Source: a bacterium (GTDB lineage Bacteria; Acidobacteriota; Blastocatellia; HR10). Taken from it: a stretch of 36,845 bases of DNA. The position numbers and the translations under genes were made by a program. The number at the start of each line of letters is the position of its first letter. The stretch's first letter is position 1. Shown piece after piece: positions 26,828 to 36,358 of the stretch. Below the pieces are notes generated by a model that saw nothing but the letters and a program-made list of their open reading frames with translations, made no database searches and was not told where the DNA came from. The stretch spans positions 1-36,845 of the forward strand of contig JBEPZV010000025.1 of NCBI GenBank assembly GCA_041640655.1, given 5' to 3'.

Positions 26828-27736
26828 TCAGCCTTCACCCACGTGAGGGCGAGTCTGGAGCGCAGCGCGAATTGTGGCTTGCGCGCGCTCCAGCTCCTCG
26901 CCGACCAGCTCCAAACGTGGGGGCCGCACGCGCGCGTTCCCCATGCCCACCTCCTGTTGCACCAGTTTGATCAACTGCACGAACTTCGGCACCGTATCCA
27001 TCCGCAGCAGGGGAAGGAACCAGCGGTACAGTTCGAAGGCTTCTTCCCAGCGGCCTCGCATGGCCAGATCGAAAAGAGCGACCGACTCTCTGGGGAGCGC
27101 ATTGGCCAGACCGGCGATCCAGCCGACGGCTCCCATGGCAATGCCTTCCAGGATCAGGTCATCCACCCCCACGAACACAGCGAGCCGATCTCCGACACGG
27201 GCTCGGATCGCCGTCACGCGCCGAACATCAGCGCTGGATTCCTTGACGGCATGGAGATTCTCGTGCTCGGCGGCCAACTCCTGAATATGCTCGGGGAGAA
27301 AATCCGTTCCATAAGCGATGGGGTTGTTATAGAGCATGCAGGAGAGGTGGGTCGCACGGAACACGGCCGAGACATGCGCCTTCATCTCTCGCCAATCTCC
27401 GCGGTAGACATAGGGGGGCAGGACCATGAGGCCCTGGCATCCGATGTCCGCTGCGCGCCGGGCTAATTCGACCGCTTCCCTCGTGCTCAACGCGGAGATT
27501 CCGGCGACGACGGGCGCTCGACCTTCCAGAGCGCGCACACACGTTCGCCAGAGGGCGAGCTTCTCCTCGAAGCTGAGCGTCGCTCCCTCGCCCAGGGAGC
27601 CGCACACGACAACGCCCGCGCATCCGTTCTCAACCAGCCAGACGCAGTGCCCAGCCACGAAGGTGTGGTCAATCTGCAAATGTTCATCAAAGCAGGTCGT
27701 GATCGCCGGCATGACGCCTCTCCAGATCATCGCCAT
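26828..27736 (-). CDS. lhpC: Delta1-pyrroline-4-hydroxy-2-carboxylate deaminase (DapA/DHDPS family)
   Basis: True start MAMIWRGVMPAITT (AAGGAG RBS); GSLGEG, MLYNNPIAYGTD, AVKESSADVRR, GVDD, GWIAGLANA; sits in the hydroxyproline operon. Confidence 0.88.
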   Translation of the reverse strand: MAMIWRGVMPAITTCFDEHLQIDHTFVAGHCVWLVENGCAGVVVCGSLGEGATLSFEEKLALWRTCVRALEGRAPVVAGISALSTREAVELARRAADIGCQGLMVLPPYVYRGDWREMKAHVSAVFRATHLSCMLYNNPIAYGTDFLPEHIQELAAEHENLHAVKESSADVRRVTAIRARVGDRLAVFVGVDDLILEGIAMGAVGWIAGLANALPRESVALFDLAMRGRWEEAFELYRWFLPLLRMDTVPKFVQLIKLVQQEVGMGNARVRPPRLELVGEELERAQATIRAALQTRPHVGEG

Positions 27737-29010
27737 ACGCTCTCTCCTTGTTCTGGGAATGCGATCAAACTCTCCACACGGGCGGGAAAGATCGGAGGTC
27801 GGATGGACTCCATGGTCCAACCGAAGAGAAATTCGACGGCTGGGCCACAGATGCGACCTTGGCAGGGACCCATCCCGCATCGCGTGTGGAGCTTCGCTTC
27901 TCTCCACGATCGGTATGCCTCCAAGCGTCCTCGTGGGACATCCTCGCACCGGCAGACGATCGTCTGCGCATCCGGAAGCTTCTTCAATTCCGGACGAAGG
28001 GCGAACGTTCGGTTGAGTCTGGCGGCGAAACGCCGCCATCGGTCGCGTTGAGGAAAGAGCGCGCGCGCCGCCTCCGGGCGACCGGCCGCTGCATATCCGG
28101 CGATCTGCCCTTCCACGAGGGCCAGGTCCACGCCTCCAATCCCGGTGGGCTCGCCCGCGCAGAAGATGTTCGCGCGCGAGGTCTCTTGAAACTCGTTCAC
28201 CCGCACACAGCCCTCGCGCACTTCGCACCCCAACAGGAGCGCTAGTTCCACATTCGGGACGAGGTGGAACCCGCATGCCAGATAGTCGCAGGGGATCTCT
28301 CGCGTTCTGGATCCGCACTGCAACGTGACGCTCTGCAGGCGCCCGTCGCCGTTCGCCGAGAGAGGCCAGCAGCTTGAGCGATATGGCGCATCGAAGAGCC
28401 GTCCGCGCAAGATGAGCGCCTGCCATGCCTTCGTGGGGAATCTCCAGAGCCCCCGTCCTAGCGAGAGAAGGCGGGAGAGCGGCGCTTGTTCGGCGATCAT
28501 GAGGACACGGGCGCCGTGCGCGCGCAGGTAGGCTGCGACCGCGAGAAGGAGCGGGCCGGTTCCTGCGACGACGACTCTCTTGCCGCGAATGGGAAAGCCC
28601 ATCTTCACCAGTGCCTGAAGTCCTCCCGCGCCCATGACGTTCGGGAGCGTCCACCCGGGGAAGGGGAGGAATCGCTCCCGCGCGCCCGTCGCGAGAATCA
28701 GCGTCTTGTAGCGGAATTCATAAGCGACCTGTTGGTCCTCGCCCAGAAGCGTCCTCTCTGCGACTTCTGCGATGACGCGAATTCCTGTCAGGATCGTGAG
28801 GCGCGCGCGACGCACCTTGTCGAACCACGACGCCGCTTCTGAGGAGCGCGGAGTCGTCCACTCCCCGCGCCAGATCTGACCGCCGGGCATCGGGTTCTCA
28901 TCCACGAGGATCACGTGACGTCCGCTGCGCGCGGCTGTGTACCCAGCCGCGAGGCCAGCCGGACCGGCACCGATGACAAGCACCTCTGTGGCGAATCGTT
29001 GCAGTCTCAT
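27727..29010 (-). CDS. D-hydroxyproline dehydrogenase alpha subunit (FAD/NAD(P)-binding, C-terminal BFD-like 2Fe-2S; HcnB/OoxA-like)
   Basis: VIGAGPAG, LILATGARERFLPFPGWTLPNVM, GTGPLLL, VCRCEDV...TRCGMGPCQGRIC. Confidence 0.85.
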   Translation of the reverse strand: MRLQRFATEVLVIGAGPAGLAAGYTAARSGRHVILVDENPMPGGQIWRGEWTTPRSSEAASWFDKVRRARLTILTGIRVIAEVAERTLLGEDQQVAYEFRYKTLILATGARERFLPFPGWTLPNVMGAGGLQALVKMGFPIRGKRVVVAGTGPLLLAVAAYLRAHGARVLMIAEQAPLSRLLSLGRGLWRFPTKAWQALILRGRLFDAPYRSSCWPLSANGDGRLQSVTLQCGSRTREIPCDYLACGFHLVPNVELALLLGCEVREGCVRVNEFQETSRANIFCAGEPTGIGGVDLALVEGQIAGYAAAGRPEAARALFPQRDRWRRFAARLNRTFALRPELKKLPDAQTIVCRCEDVPRGRLEAYRSWREAKLHTRCGMGPCQGRICGPAVEFLFGWTMESIRPPIFPARVESLIAFPEQGESVWR

Positions 29011-29252
29011 TCGGTTCGCACGTCCATGCCATCCTCACAGAGCACCTGACAGCTCCGACAATGCGGCCGATTGTTGATCATGACGCGGCATTCGAAGCAC
29101 ACGCCAATGCCGCACAGGGGGCCGCGCGGTTCCCCGCTCACCGACCGCCGCACCGCCAGGATGCCGTTCGCGAGCAACGCCACCAGAACCGTCGTGCCCG
29201 CTGGAACCTCGACGCGCGTGTGATTGATCGTCAGGGTGACGACCTCAAGCAT
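29007..29252 (-). CDS. D-hydroxyproline dehydrogenase gamma subunit (2Fe-2S ferredoxin-like)
   Basis: RRSVSGEPRGPLCGIGVCFECRVMIN...RSCQ; overlaps both neighbouring genes. Confidence 0.88.
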   Translation of the reverse strand: MLEVVTLTINHTRVEVPAGTTVLVALLANGILAVRRSVSGEPRGPLCGIGVCFECRVMINNRPHCRSCQVLCEDGMDVRTE

Positions 29253-30370
29253 GTCAGGCTCTCCATCCGAGAGGGGAGATAAGGCTCTGGGGGGATCGCC
29301 GGAGGCCGCTTCAGGAGATGGGCGACGAGCAACTGAGCCGTCCCCAGGGACGTCGTGATACCCAGTCCTTCATGGCCGGTGGCGAGGTACAGATACTCGT
29401 GCCCGGGGAGTGGACCAATCAGCGGCAGGTTGTCCGGCGTCGCCGCTCGGAACCCCGTCCACGTGCGGATGATCGAAAGCTCGGCGAGCTGAGGCAGATA
29501 GGCGCACGCGCGCGCGAGCATGCGCGCCAGAACTTCGTGACTCACATCGGAGGATTCGACATCATACTGGCGAGATGAACCGATCAGCAGCTGCCCCGTC
29601 GGTCGGGGCTGAATGTTGAAGGCGATGGAGCTGGCCTCATGGGCGTGCGCGCTCTTGAGGTATCCCACTTCGACGAGCTGATGTCGCACAAAACCCGGAT
29701 ACCGATCGGTGATAGCGAGGTGCCCTTTTCGCTTCTTGATCGCCAGTCCCGGCATCAGTTCCGACGCCCACGTGCCTGTCGCGTTGATGATCGCGCCAGC
29801 CGGGAGGAATGATCCATCGCGCAAGGTCACGCCCTGTTTGTCGAGCCTCACCACAGATTGCCCGATGAAGATCGCCGCTCCGCGATCTCGAGCTCGCTCC
29901 AAGAGGAAGCGCGCGGCACATGGCGGATAAACGACGCTATCGCCAGAGACGAGCAGTCCTCCTCGAAGGCCTTCGCGGAGATTCGGTTCGGCTTCCGCGA
30001 GAGCCCGTTCGTCCAAAAACTCAACGGAGACATGGCGCTCCCGGTAGAACTGCTCCTTGCGCCGCAAATGGCCCAGCTCTTCCTCATCGGTCGCGATCCA
30101 GATCGTCCCATACCGTCGGAATTCGCATTCCGGGGGGAGGTCATCGGCGAGTTGATCCCAGAGACATTGCGAATACCGCGTCAGCGCGAACTGCGCGTCC
30201 GAATCATCCATGACCACAATGTGTCCCATCCCGGCTGCCGTCGCCCCTCCCCCGACACACGACGACTCGACGACGGCTACTCGCATCCCTTCCTTCGCGC
30301 ATTCGGCTGCGCACGCGGCTCCCACGATGCCGGCGCCCACGATGATGACATCATACGCGCGCGGACTCAT
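29231..30370 (-). CDS. lhpB: D-hydroxyproline dehydrogenase beta subunit (DAO-family flavoprotein)
   Basis: True start MSPRAYDVIIVGAGIVG at 30370 (ATGA overlap with the epimerase stop); GATAAGMGH, RKGHLAITDRY, WTGFRAATPD, GHEGLGITT. Confidence 0.87.
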   Translation of the reverse strand: MSPRAYDVIIVGAGIVGAACAAECAKEGMRVAVVESSCVGGGATAAGMGHIVVMDDSDAQFALTRYSQCLWDQLADDLPPECEFRRYGTIWIATDEEELGHLRRKEQFYRERHVSVEFLDERALAEAEPNLREGLRGGLLVSGDSVVYPPCAARFLLERARDRGAAIFIGQSVVRLDKQGVTLRDGSFLPAGAIINATGTWASELMPGLAIKKRKGHLAITDRYPGFVRHQLVEVGYLKSAHAHEASSIAFNIQPRPTGQLLIGSSRQYDVESSDVSHEVLARMLARACAYLPQLAELSIIRTWTGFRAATPDNLPLIGPLPGHEYLYLATGHEGLGITTSLGTAQLLVAHLLKRPPAIPPEPYLPSRMESLTCLRSSP

Positions 30371-31320
30371 CGGCGGATTCCCCAGCACAACGGATCCCGC
30401 TCGTCCAGAATCAACTCTGCCTCCGCCGTGATGAACGCAGATCCTGTGATGCTCGGATAGATCGTCCCATTGATGACGGAGATCGTGCCCTCGAAGACGC
30501 TTCCGATGATGCTCTCCTGCCGATACACCTGCCCCTCTTTGAGTCTTCCGTCCGCGTACAGGCACGCCATTCGGGCGCTCGTCCCCGTCCCGCAGGGCGA
30601 GCGATCGTAACTTCCTCCAGGACAGAGGACGAAGTTCTTGCTATCAATGCCCTCCCGGGGAGAGGGGCTGAAGAGCTCGATGTGATCAATCTCCTCTCCA
30701 TGCGCACCTCGGATCCCCTCGCGCGCCAGGGCTTGACGAATGCGCCAGGTGAAGTCCGTCAGACGCTCCAGATTCTCCAGCGTCAGTTCGAGCCCATGCT
30801 CTTCGACGAGGAAGAACCAATTCCCTCCCCACGCGACGTCACCGATCACCGTCCCGTAGCCTGGGACGTCCACGGGGACTCGCGCTGCGAGGCGATAGCT
30901 CGGGACGTTCCTGACCGTCACCGTCCCATCTTCGTTCAACCGGGCTTCCACGATCCCCGCCGGAGTCTCAATCCGGTGCGTCCCAGGCCGAATGCGGTTC
31001 AAATACGCGAGGGTGACAATCACTCCAATCGTCCCGTGCCCGCACATACCGAGGTATCCGACATTGTTGAAGAAGATCACTCCGGTTGTGCAAGATGGCT
31101 CCGTGGGTTCACACAAGAGTGCTCCGACCAACGCATCAGATCCTCGGGGCTCATTCACGATGGCGGAGCGAAAATGGTCATATTCGCGCCGAAATCGCTC
31201 CAATTGCTCCGCGAGCGATCCGGCCCCCAACTCGGGGCCACCGCGGATCACCACGCGCGTTGGCTCGCCCGCCGTATGCGAATCAATGACATGGATGCGT
31301 TGAATCCTCGTTGGCCTCAT
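30367..31320 (-). CDS. lhpA: 4-hydroxyproline 2-epimerase (proline racemase family)
   Basis: DSHTAGEPTR, EPRG, FFNNVGYLGMCGHG and DRSPCGTGTSA (Cys/Cys catalytic pair), AWGGNWF. Confidence 0.93.
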   Translation of the reverse strand: MRPTRIQRIHVIDSHTAGEPTRVVIRGGPELGAGSLAEQLERFRREYDHFRSAIVNEPRGSDALVGALLCEPTEPSCTTGVIFFNNVGYLGMCGHGTIGVIVTLAYLNRIRPGTHRIETPAGIVEARLNEDGTVTVRNVPSYRLAARVPVDVPGYGTVIGDVAWGGNWFFLVEEHGLELTLENLERLTDFTWRIRQALAREGIRGAHGEEIDHIELFSPSPREGIDSKNFVLCPGGSYDRSPCGTGTSARMACLYADGRLKEGQVYRQESIIGSVFEGTISVINGTIYPSITGSAFITAEAELILDERDPLCWGIRR

Positions 31321-31332
31321 AACCCGTCCTCG

Positions 31333-32259
31333 CTAAAAGAGCAGGGGATGGTCGGGAGCCGGACACCGCGCGAGGGATTTGCCCGATCGGTGAGGACCAA
31401 GGAGCGATTCCCGATACTGGGCCGGAGTGACGCCGACGTAGCGCTTGAACGTCCGAGTGAAGTGGCTCTGATCGGAGAACCCAGCCGCCAGAGCTATTTG
31501 GCACAGCGGAGCATCCGAGGTGGCTAGCTCTCGACGGGCGAACTCTAAGCGGAGTTGCCGAATATAAGCGCCCACAGTGCATTTGAAGTACTTGTGAAAC
31601 ATTTGCGCCAGATACACCGGGTGGACTCCTACGCTCTGCGCGATCTCGCTGAGCGTCAGCGGCTCGGCAAATCGAGCGTGTAGCATCTCCTTCACCTGGA
31701 GGAGCCACGCCGGGGGCTTCTGCGGAAATGGTGCCGAGGGACGACGCGACGCTTCGCCCAGAATCGTCAAGACCAGCCCTTCGAGAATGAGCGGAGAGAG
31801 GTCATCCGTTCCCTGAAGGAACTCCCGATACAACTTCATCCCCAGGTAGACGAGGTCTCCTCCGCGAAACTCCGCCGCTTCTCCGATAACCTGAGCCTGA
31901 TCCCGCACGCGCTCAAGCCATCGAGGTTCTAACTCGATGATGAATAAGCGCCCCCCGGTTTGGTGAAACTGCTCCATGTGCACTTCGTCCGCCGGGTGAA
32001 AAATTAAAAGTGGTGGCTCGCAGATCCGCACCCTCGCCCCAAAGGTCTCCGTATATCCCCCTTGAATCACCAGGCAGAGCAGGGCATGTCCGTGCGCATG
32101 TTTCGGAGTTCTGAAGAAGGGGGCGTATCCGCGCTCGGAGAGGACGAGACCTGAAGCGGCTCGGCTTCGCAAAGTCTCTCCGTAGAGGTATCCCAGCGGG
32201 AGTCGCTCCACGCACCATTTCCCCCCACTGTTGTTCGCGCGCTGTTGCGCCTGAGCCAT
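31333..32259 (-). CDS. AraC family transcriptional regulator
   Basis: Cupin N-domain (PKHAH...VH); double HTH LSEIAQSVGVHPVYLAQMF...IALAAGFSDQSHFTRTFKRYVGVTPAQYR. The GGAGG RBS best fits ATG 32259 (32265 is an alternative). Confidence 0.92.
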   Translation of the reverse strand: MAQAQQRANNSGGKWCVERLPLGYLYGETLRSRAASGLVLSERGYAPFFRTPKHAHGHALLCLVIQGGYTETFGARVRICEPPLLIFHPADEVHMEQFHQTGGRLFIIELEPRWLERVRDQAQVIGEAAEFRGGDLVYLGMKLYREFLQGTDDLSPLILEGLVLTILGEASRRPSAPFPQKPPAWLLQVKEMLHARFAEPLTLSEIAQSVGVHPVYLAQMFHKYFKCTVGAYIRQLRLEFARRELATSDAPLCQIALAAGFSDQSHFTRTFKRYVGVTPAQYRESLLGPHRSGKSLARCPAPDHPLLF

Positions 32260-32288
32260 CGGCATCACCTCCTCGTCTCTCAAAATGG

Positions 32289-32315
32289 GCATATCCTATA
32301 TAATATAGGATATGC
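32289..32315. promoter_or_regulatory. Perfect 27-bp palindromic operator
   Basis: gcatatcctatat-a-atataggatatgc (13-bp arms) lies between two divergent regulator genes. Confidence 0.85.
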
Positions 32316-32344
32316 TTGACTGTCAAGCCGCCCTATGGCATAAT
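32314..32344. promoter_or_regulatory. Back-to-back sigma70 promoters sharing the palindrome gcttgac-t-gtcaagc
   Basis: Plus strand: TTGACT (32316-32321), 17 bp, then CATAAT (32339-32344) with a TG extension. Minus strand: TTGACA (32326-32321) with an AT-rich -10 region inside the operator. Confidence 0.75.
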
Positions 32345-32436
32345 TCGCGCCTCTGGCGCCGGTCCGCGCGCTTTGAAAACGCGCAGCTCTGAGGGAGGAG
32401 AGCTCTCGGAGAGGGCATAGGAGCAGGAGGGAGAAG

Positions 32437-33135
32437 ATGGACGGGAAAGTCGATGCAGCGGGAAGGCCGGTGGGGATCGTGCGCAAATCGTTAGCGACGG
32501 AGGTAGCCGACAAGCTTCGCGAGAAGATCCTTCGAGGGGAGTTGAAGGAGGGGGAGCAGTTGCGTCAGAAGGCACTGGCCGAGGAGTTTCACGTCAGCCA
32601 GATTCCCGTGCGGGAAGCGCTGCGGCAGTTGGAGGCCGAGGGATTAGTGACGATCATCACCCATCATGGGGCGATCGTCTCCTCGCTCTCTCCTGAGGAG
32701 ATCGAGGAGCTTTTCGAGATCCGCGCGGTCCTGGAGTGCGCGATCCTTCGCCAGGCGATCCCTCGACTGACGGCTGAGGACTTGGCGCGGGCCGAGCACA
32801 TCTTGGATGCGTACGAGCGGGCGTTAGACGCCGCGGACGCGGAGAGCTGGGGGGAGTTGCATTGGCAATTTCATTCGACGCTCTATGCGGCGGCCGATCG
32901 TCCGCGCTTCATGTCCCTGATTCAGATGACGAATGTGAATGCCGATCGGTACATTCGCTTGCACATTCGGTTCTCCCTGGAGATGCACCGACAGGTCAAA
33001 CGGGAGCATCGGTTGCTGCTGGAGTATTGTCGGGCGCGGGATGTGGAGGCCGCGACGCAACTGCTCCAACGGCATATCCTCAACGCCGGGAGCGAGCTGA
33101 AAGAATACATTCGGCAGTATCGGGAGAGGAGATGA
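32437..33135 (+). CDS. GntR/FadR family transcriptional regulator (FCD domain)
   Basis: LREKILRGELKEGEQLRQKALAEEFHVSQIPVREALRQLEAEGLV; EIEELFEIRAVLE, HWQFH, EH...L..H. Confidence 0.93.
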   Translation: MDGKVDAAGRPVGIVRKSLATEVADKLREKILRGELKEGEQLRQKALAEEFHVSQIPVREALRQLEAEGLVTIITHHGAIVSSLSPEEIEELFEIRAVLECAILRQAIPRLTAEDLARAEHILDAYERALDAADAESWGELHWQFHSTLYAAADRPRFMSLIQMTNVNADRYIRLHIRFSLEMHRQVKREHRLLLEYCRARDVEAATQLLQRHILNAGSELKEYIRQYRERR

Positions 33136-33159
33136 ACGATCCTCGTAGGAGGGAGGAGT

Positions 33160-34569
33160 ATGTCGAGGCCAACGACGTTCGGCGTGATCGTCGGGAATCG
33201 GGGATTCTTCCCGGCACATCTTTGTGAATCGGGGCGGCAGGAGATCTTGCGCGTCTTGGAGGAGGAGGGATTTCGCGCGATCATTCTTCCCCAGGACGCG
33301 ACGAAATTCGGCGCTGTTGAGAGCTACGAGGATGCTCAAAAGTGCGCCCAGTTGTTTCGAGCGCATCGTGAGGAGATTGATGGGATTCTTGTGACGCTGC
33401 CGAACTTCGGCGATGAGCGGGCCGTCGCGGATACGATTCGATGGTCCGGGCTCGACGTCCCCGTCCTCGTTCACGCTTTTGGCGATGAGCCGGGGAGGAT
33501 GACGATTCAGTATCGCCGTGACAGCTTTTGCGGCAAGATCTCCGTTTGCGACAACCTGCGTCAGTATGGGATTCCCTTCTCGCTGACGCAACGGCATACG
33601 GTTCATCCCTCGGATCCCTCGTTTCGCGCAGACTTGCGCCGCTTCGGAGCGACGTGTCGGGTCGTCCGTCGTCTGCGGGGGGCGCGCATTGGAGCCCTGG
33701 GGATGCGACCGGCGCCCTTCAATACGGTACGGTATAGCGAGAAGTTGCTGGAGCGTTCGGGGATCACCGTCGAGAGCATTGATCTGTCCGAAGTCATCGG
33801 GCGTGCGAACCGATTGAGCGAGGCGGATCCTGCCGTCTCGGACAAGTTGGAGGCGATCAAAGCTTACACGGAGACGGTGGGGGTTCCTCAATCGTCCTTG
33901 ATCAAGATGGCGAAACTCGGGGTCATCATTGATCAGCTCATTCAAGAACGACATCTCTCGGCCACGGCGATCCAGTGCTGGACGGCTCTTGAAGAGTACT
34001 ATGGCGTGGTCCCTTGCACGGTGATGAGCATGATGTCGAATGCGCTGTTGCCGAGCGCTTGCGAGTCGGACGTCACGGGGTTGGTGAGCATGTACATCCT
34101 GCAAGCAGCCTCGGAGAAGCCCGCGGCGTTGCTCGATTGGAACAACAACTATGCGGATGATCCGAACAAAGGGGTCCTGTTTCACTGCTCGAATCTCCCG
34201 AAGGCATTTTTCACCGATACGAAGATGGGGTACCAGGACATCATCGCGGGGACTGTCGGGAAAGAGAACACCTATGGGACGATTCTCGGTCGGATCGCGC
34301 CGGGGCCCTTCACCTATTGTCGGGTTTCCACCGATGACCTGGAGGGGTGCGTGAGGGCGATCGTCGGTGAGGGGCGGTTCACGGACGATCCGTTGGAGAC
34401 CTTCGGGGGATACGGGGTTGTGGAGATCCCGGATTTTCAGAAGCTCCTGCGCGTCATCTGTCGCCGGGGGTTCGAGCATCATGTCGCGGCTACGCGGGAT
34501 ACGGTGGCCGAAGCCGTTGCCGACGCCCTGAGTACCTACATGAGATGGGACGTCTATCACCATCAGTAG
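33160..34569 (+). CDS. L-fucose/L-arabinose isomerase family protein
   Basis: GVIVGNRGFFP, LPNFGDE, RRDSFCGKISV, FNTVRYSEKLL, AIQCW, SACESDV, FHCSN, GFEHHVA. Its link to ribulokinase suggests L-arabinose. Confidence 0.85.
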   Translation: MSRPTTFGVIVGNRGFFPAHLCESGRQEILRVLEEEGFRAIILPQDATKFGAVESYEDAQKCAQLFRAHREEIDGILVTLPNFGDERAVADTIRWSGLDVPVLVHAFGDEPGRMTIQYRRDSFCGKISVCDNLRQYGIPFSLTQRHTVHPSDPSFRADLRRFGATCRVVRRLRGARIGALGMRPAPFNTVRYSEKLLERSGITVESIDLSEVIGRANRLSEADPAVSDKLEAIKAYTETVGVPQSSLIKMAKLGVIIDQLIQERHLSATAIQCWTALEEYYGVVPCTVMSMMSNALLPSACESDVTGLVSMYILQAASEKPAALLDWNNNYADDPNKGVLFHCSNLPKAFFTDTKMGYQDIIAGTVGKENTYGTILGRIAPGPFTYCRVSTDDLEGCVRAIVGEGRFTDDPLETFGGYGVVEIPDFQKLLRVICRRGFEHHVAATRDTVAEAVADALSTYMRWDVYHHQ

Positions 34570-34594
34570 AAGATCTCGTCCGGAGGGAAGGCGG

Positions 34595-36358
34595 GTGGCC
34601 TTCTGGGACTGGTTGATTATCGTGTTGTATTTCGTTGGGCTGCTGAGCCTCGCGTGGTGGGTGATCCGAAGAGGGAGGGAGACGGCCGACGATTATTTCC
34701 TGGCAGGTCGAAACCTCGGTTGGTTCATCGTCGGGGCTTCGATTTTCGCCTCGAACATCGGGTCGGAGCACTTGGTCGGCCTCGCGGGGTCTGGGGCGAC
34801 CAGTGGAGTCGCCATGGCGCATTATGAGCTGCACGCTTGGTGTCTGTTGGTCCTCGGATGGGTCTTCATCCCCTTCTACATGCGCTCACGGGTCTTCACG
34901 ATGCCGGAGTTTTTGGAGAAACGGTACTCTCCGGCGGCGCGATGGATCCTCTCGCTCATCTCGCTCGTCGCCTACGTGCTGACGAAGATCGCCGTGGGGA
35001 TTTTCGCCGGAGGGGTCGTCTTCAGTACGCTCTTGCCCGAGTTGCGTCTCACTGTTGGTCAGGCGACGTTCGACAGCTTTTGGATCGGCTCGGTTCTGGT
35101 CATCGTGCTGACCGGCATTTACACCGTCTTAGGGGGCCTACGGGCTGTGGCGTACACGGAGGCCGTGCAGACGCTCATCCTCATCCTCGGATCGGTCCTG
35201 CTGACTCTCTTTGGCCTCGCGAAGCTGGGGGGATGGAGTGCGTTGCGCGCGGCGTTGGATCCGGACATGTTCAACTTGTGGAAGCCGCTCATCCCTCCGG
35301 GCATGGAGGGGACATGGGAACCGGTGAAAGAGGCGAATCGAATCGCGTGGTATTTCAATGGGAACTATCCGTGGCTGGGAATGGTGCTGTGCTCGCCGGT
35401 TATTGGCCTGTGGTATTGGTGCACGGATCAGTACATTGTTCAACGCGCCCTTGGGGCACCTAATGAGCGCGAAGCGCGTCGCGGCGCGATCTTCGCGGCG
35501 TATCTCAAACTCCTTCCCGTCTTCATCTTCATCATTCCGGGGATGATCAGTGTGGCGCTCGCGAAGACCGGACGGGTGCCCGAATTGACCGTGATGGTGG
35601 ATGGCAACGGGGAGGTCATCCCGCACGCGGCTCAAGCGGCTTTTCCGCTTATGGTCAAGCACGTGTTGCCGGTCGGGGTTCGGGGGATCGTCGTCGCCGG
35701 GTTGCTCGCGGCGCTGATGAGTTCGCTGGCCGGAGTCTTCAATGCCTGCTCGACGCTCTTCACGATCGACTTCTATCAGAAGTTCCGGCCTCAAGCGTCG
35801 CAACAGCGGCTCGTCTGGGTCGGGCGCGTGGCTACGACGATCATGGTGATCATCGGATTGCTCTGGATCCCAGTGATTCGAGGAGGGAAGGGGCTGTACG
35901 ACTATCTGCAGGGAGTCCAAGGATACCTCGCGCCTCCGATCTTCGCCGTCTTCTTCCTGGGCGTCTTTTTGAAACGGCTCAACGGGAAGGCCTGTTTGGC
36001 GGCGCTGATCGTCGGCTTCGTCTTAGGACTCTTTCGACTGCTCGTGGACACGCCGGTGGCGCTCAAGCTGCCCGGCTTTGAGAATGGCTACCCCGAAGGA
36101 TCGTTCTTCTGGATCGTCAACAACATCTACTTCCAGTATTACAGCGCGCTCATCTTCATCGTGTCCATCCTGGTCCTGGTCGGCGTCAGCTATCTGACGG
36201 AGCCGCCCTCTGAAGAGCAGATTCGCGATCTCACGTATGCGACGGTGACTCCGGAGCAGCGGAGGGCATCTCGCCTGAGCTGGAACAAATGGGATGTCAT
36301 CCATTCGGGGATCGTCTTGAGCGTCATCACGCTCGCCTATCTCTATTTCCGAGGATGA
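34595..36358 (+). CDS. Sodium:solute symporter (SGLT-like sugar transporter)
   Basis: DYFLAGR, ASIFASNIGSEHLVGLAG, TMPEFLEKRY, GGLRAVAYTE, WYWCTDQYIVQRAL, AALMSS; many TM helices; GTG start. Confidence 0.94.
   Translation: MAFWDWLIIVLYFVGLLSLAWWVIRRGRETADDYFLAGRNLGWFIVGASIFASNIGSEHLVGLAGSGATSGVAMAHYELHAWCLLVLGWVFIPFYMRSRVFTMPEFLEKRYSPAARWILSLISLVAYVLTKIAVGIFAGGVVFSTLLPELRLTVGQATFDSFWIGSVLVIVLTGIYTVLGGLRAVAYTEAVQTLILILGSVLLTLFGLAKLGGWSALRAALDPDMFNLWKPLIPPGMEGTWEPVKEANRIAWYFNGNYPWLGMVLCSPVIGLWYWCTDQYIVQRALGAPNEREARRGAIFAAYLKLLPVFIFIIPGMISVALAKTGRVPELTVMVDGNGEVIPHAAQAAFPLMVKHVLPVGVRGIVVAGLLAALMSSLAGVFNACSTLFTIDFYQKFRPQASQQRLVWVGRVATTIMVIIGLLWIPVIRGGKGLYDYLQGVQGYLAPPIFAVFFLGVFLKRLNGKACLAALIVGFVLGLFRLLVDTPVALKLPGFENGYPEGSFFWIVNNIYFQYYSALIFIVSILVLVGVSYLTEPPSEEQIRDLTYATVTPEQRRASRLSWNKWDVIHSGIVLSVITLAYLYFRG

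Noticed and set aside
27737..28654. Long N-terminal extension of the DapA-family ORF (similarly 30371-30565 and 10860-11000)
   Set aside because: These are open frames overlapping real neighbouring genes. RBS or overlap positions and domain starts give the shorter genes.
27727..30370. Hydrogen cyanide synthase (hcnABC) or opine oxidase assignment
   Set aside because: The families are the same, but the flanking Hyp epimerase, deaminase and KGSA dehydrogenase indicate D-hydroxyproline dehydrogenase.
32824..34563. 579-aa minus-strand ORF
   Set aside because: It is the antisense shadow of the GntR and isomerase genes.
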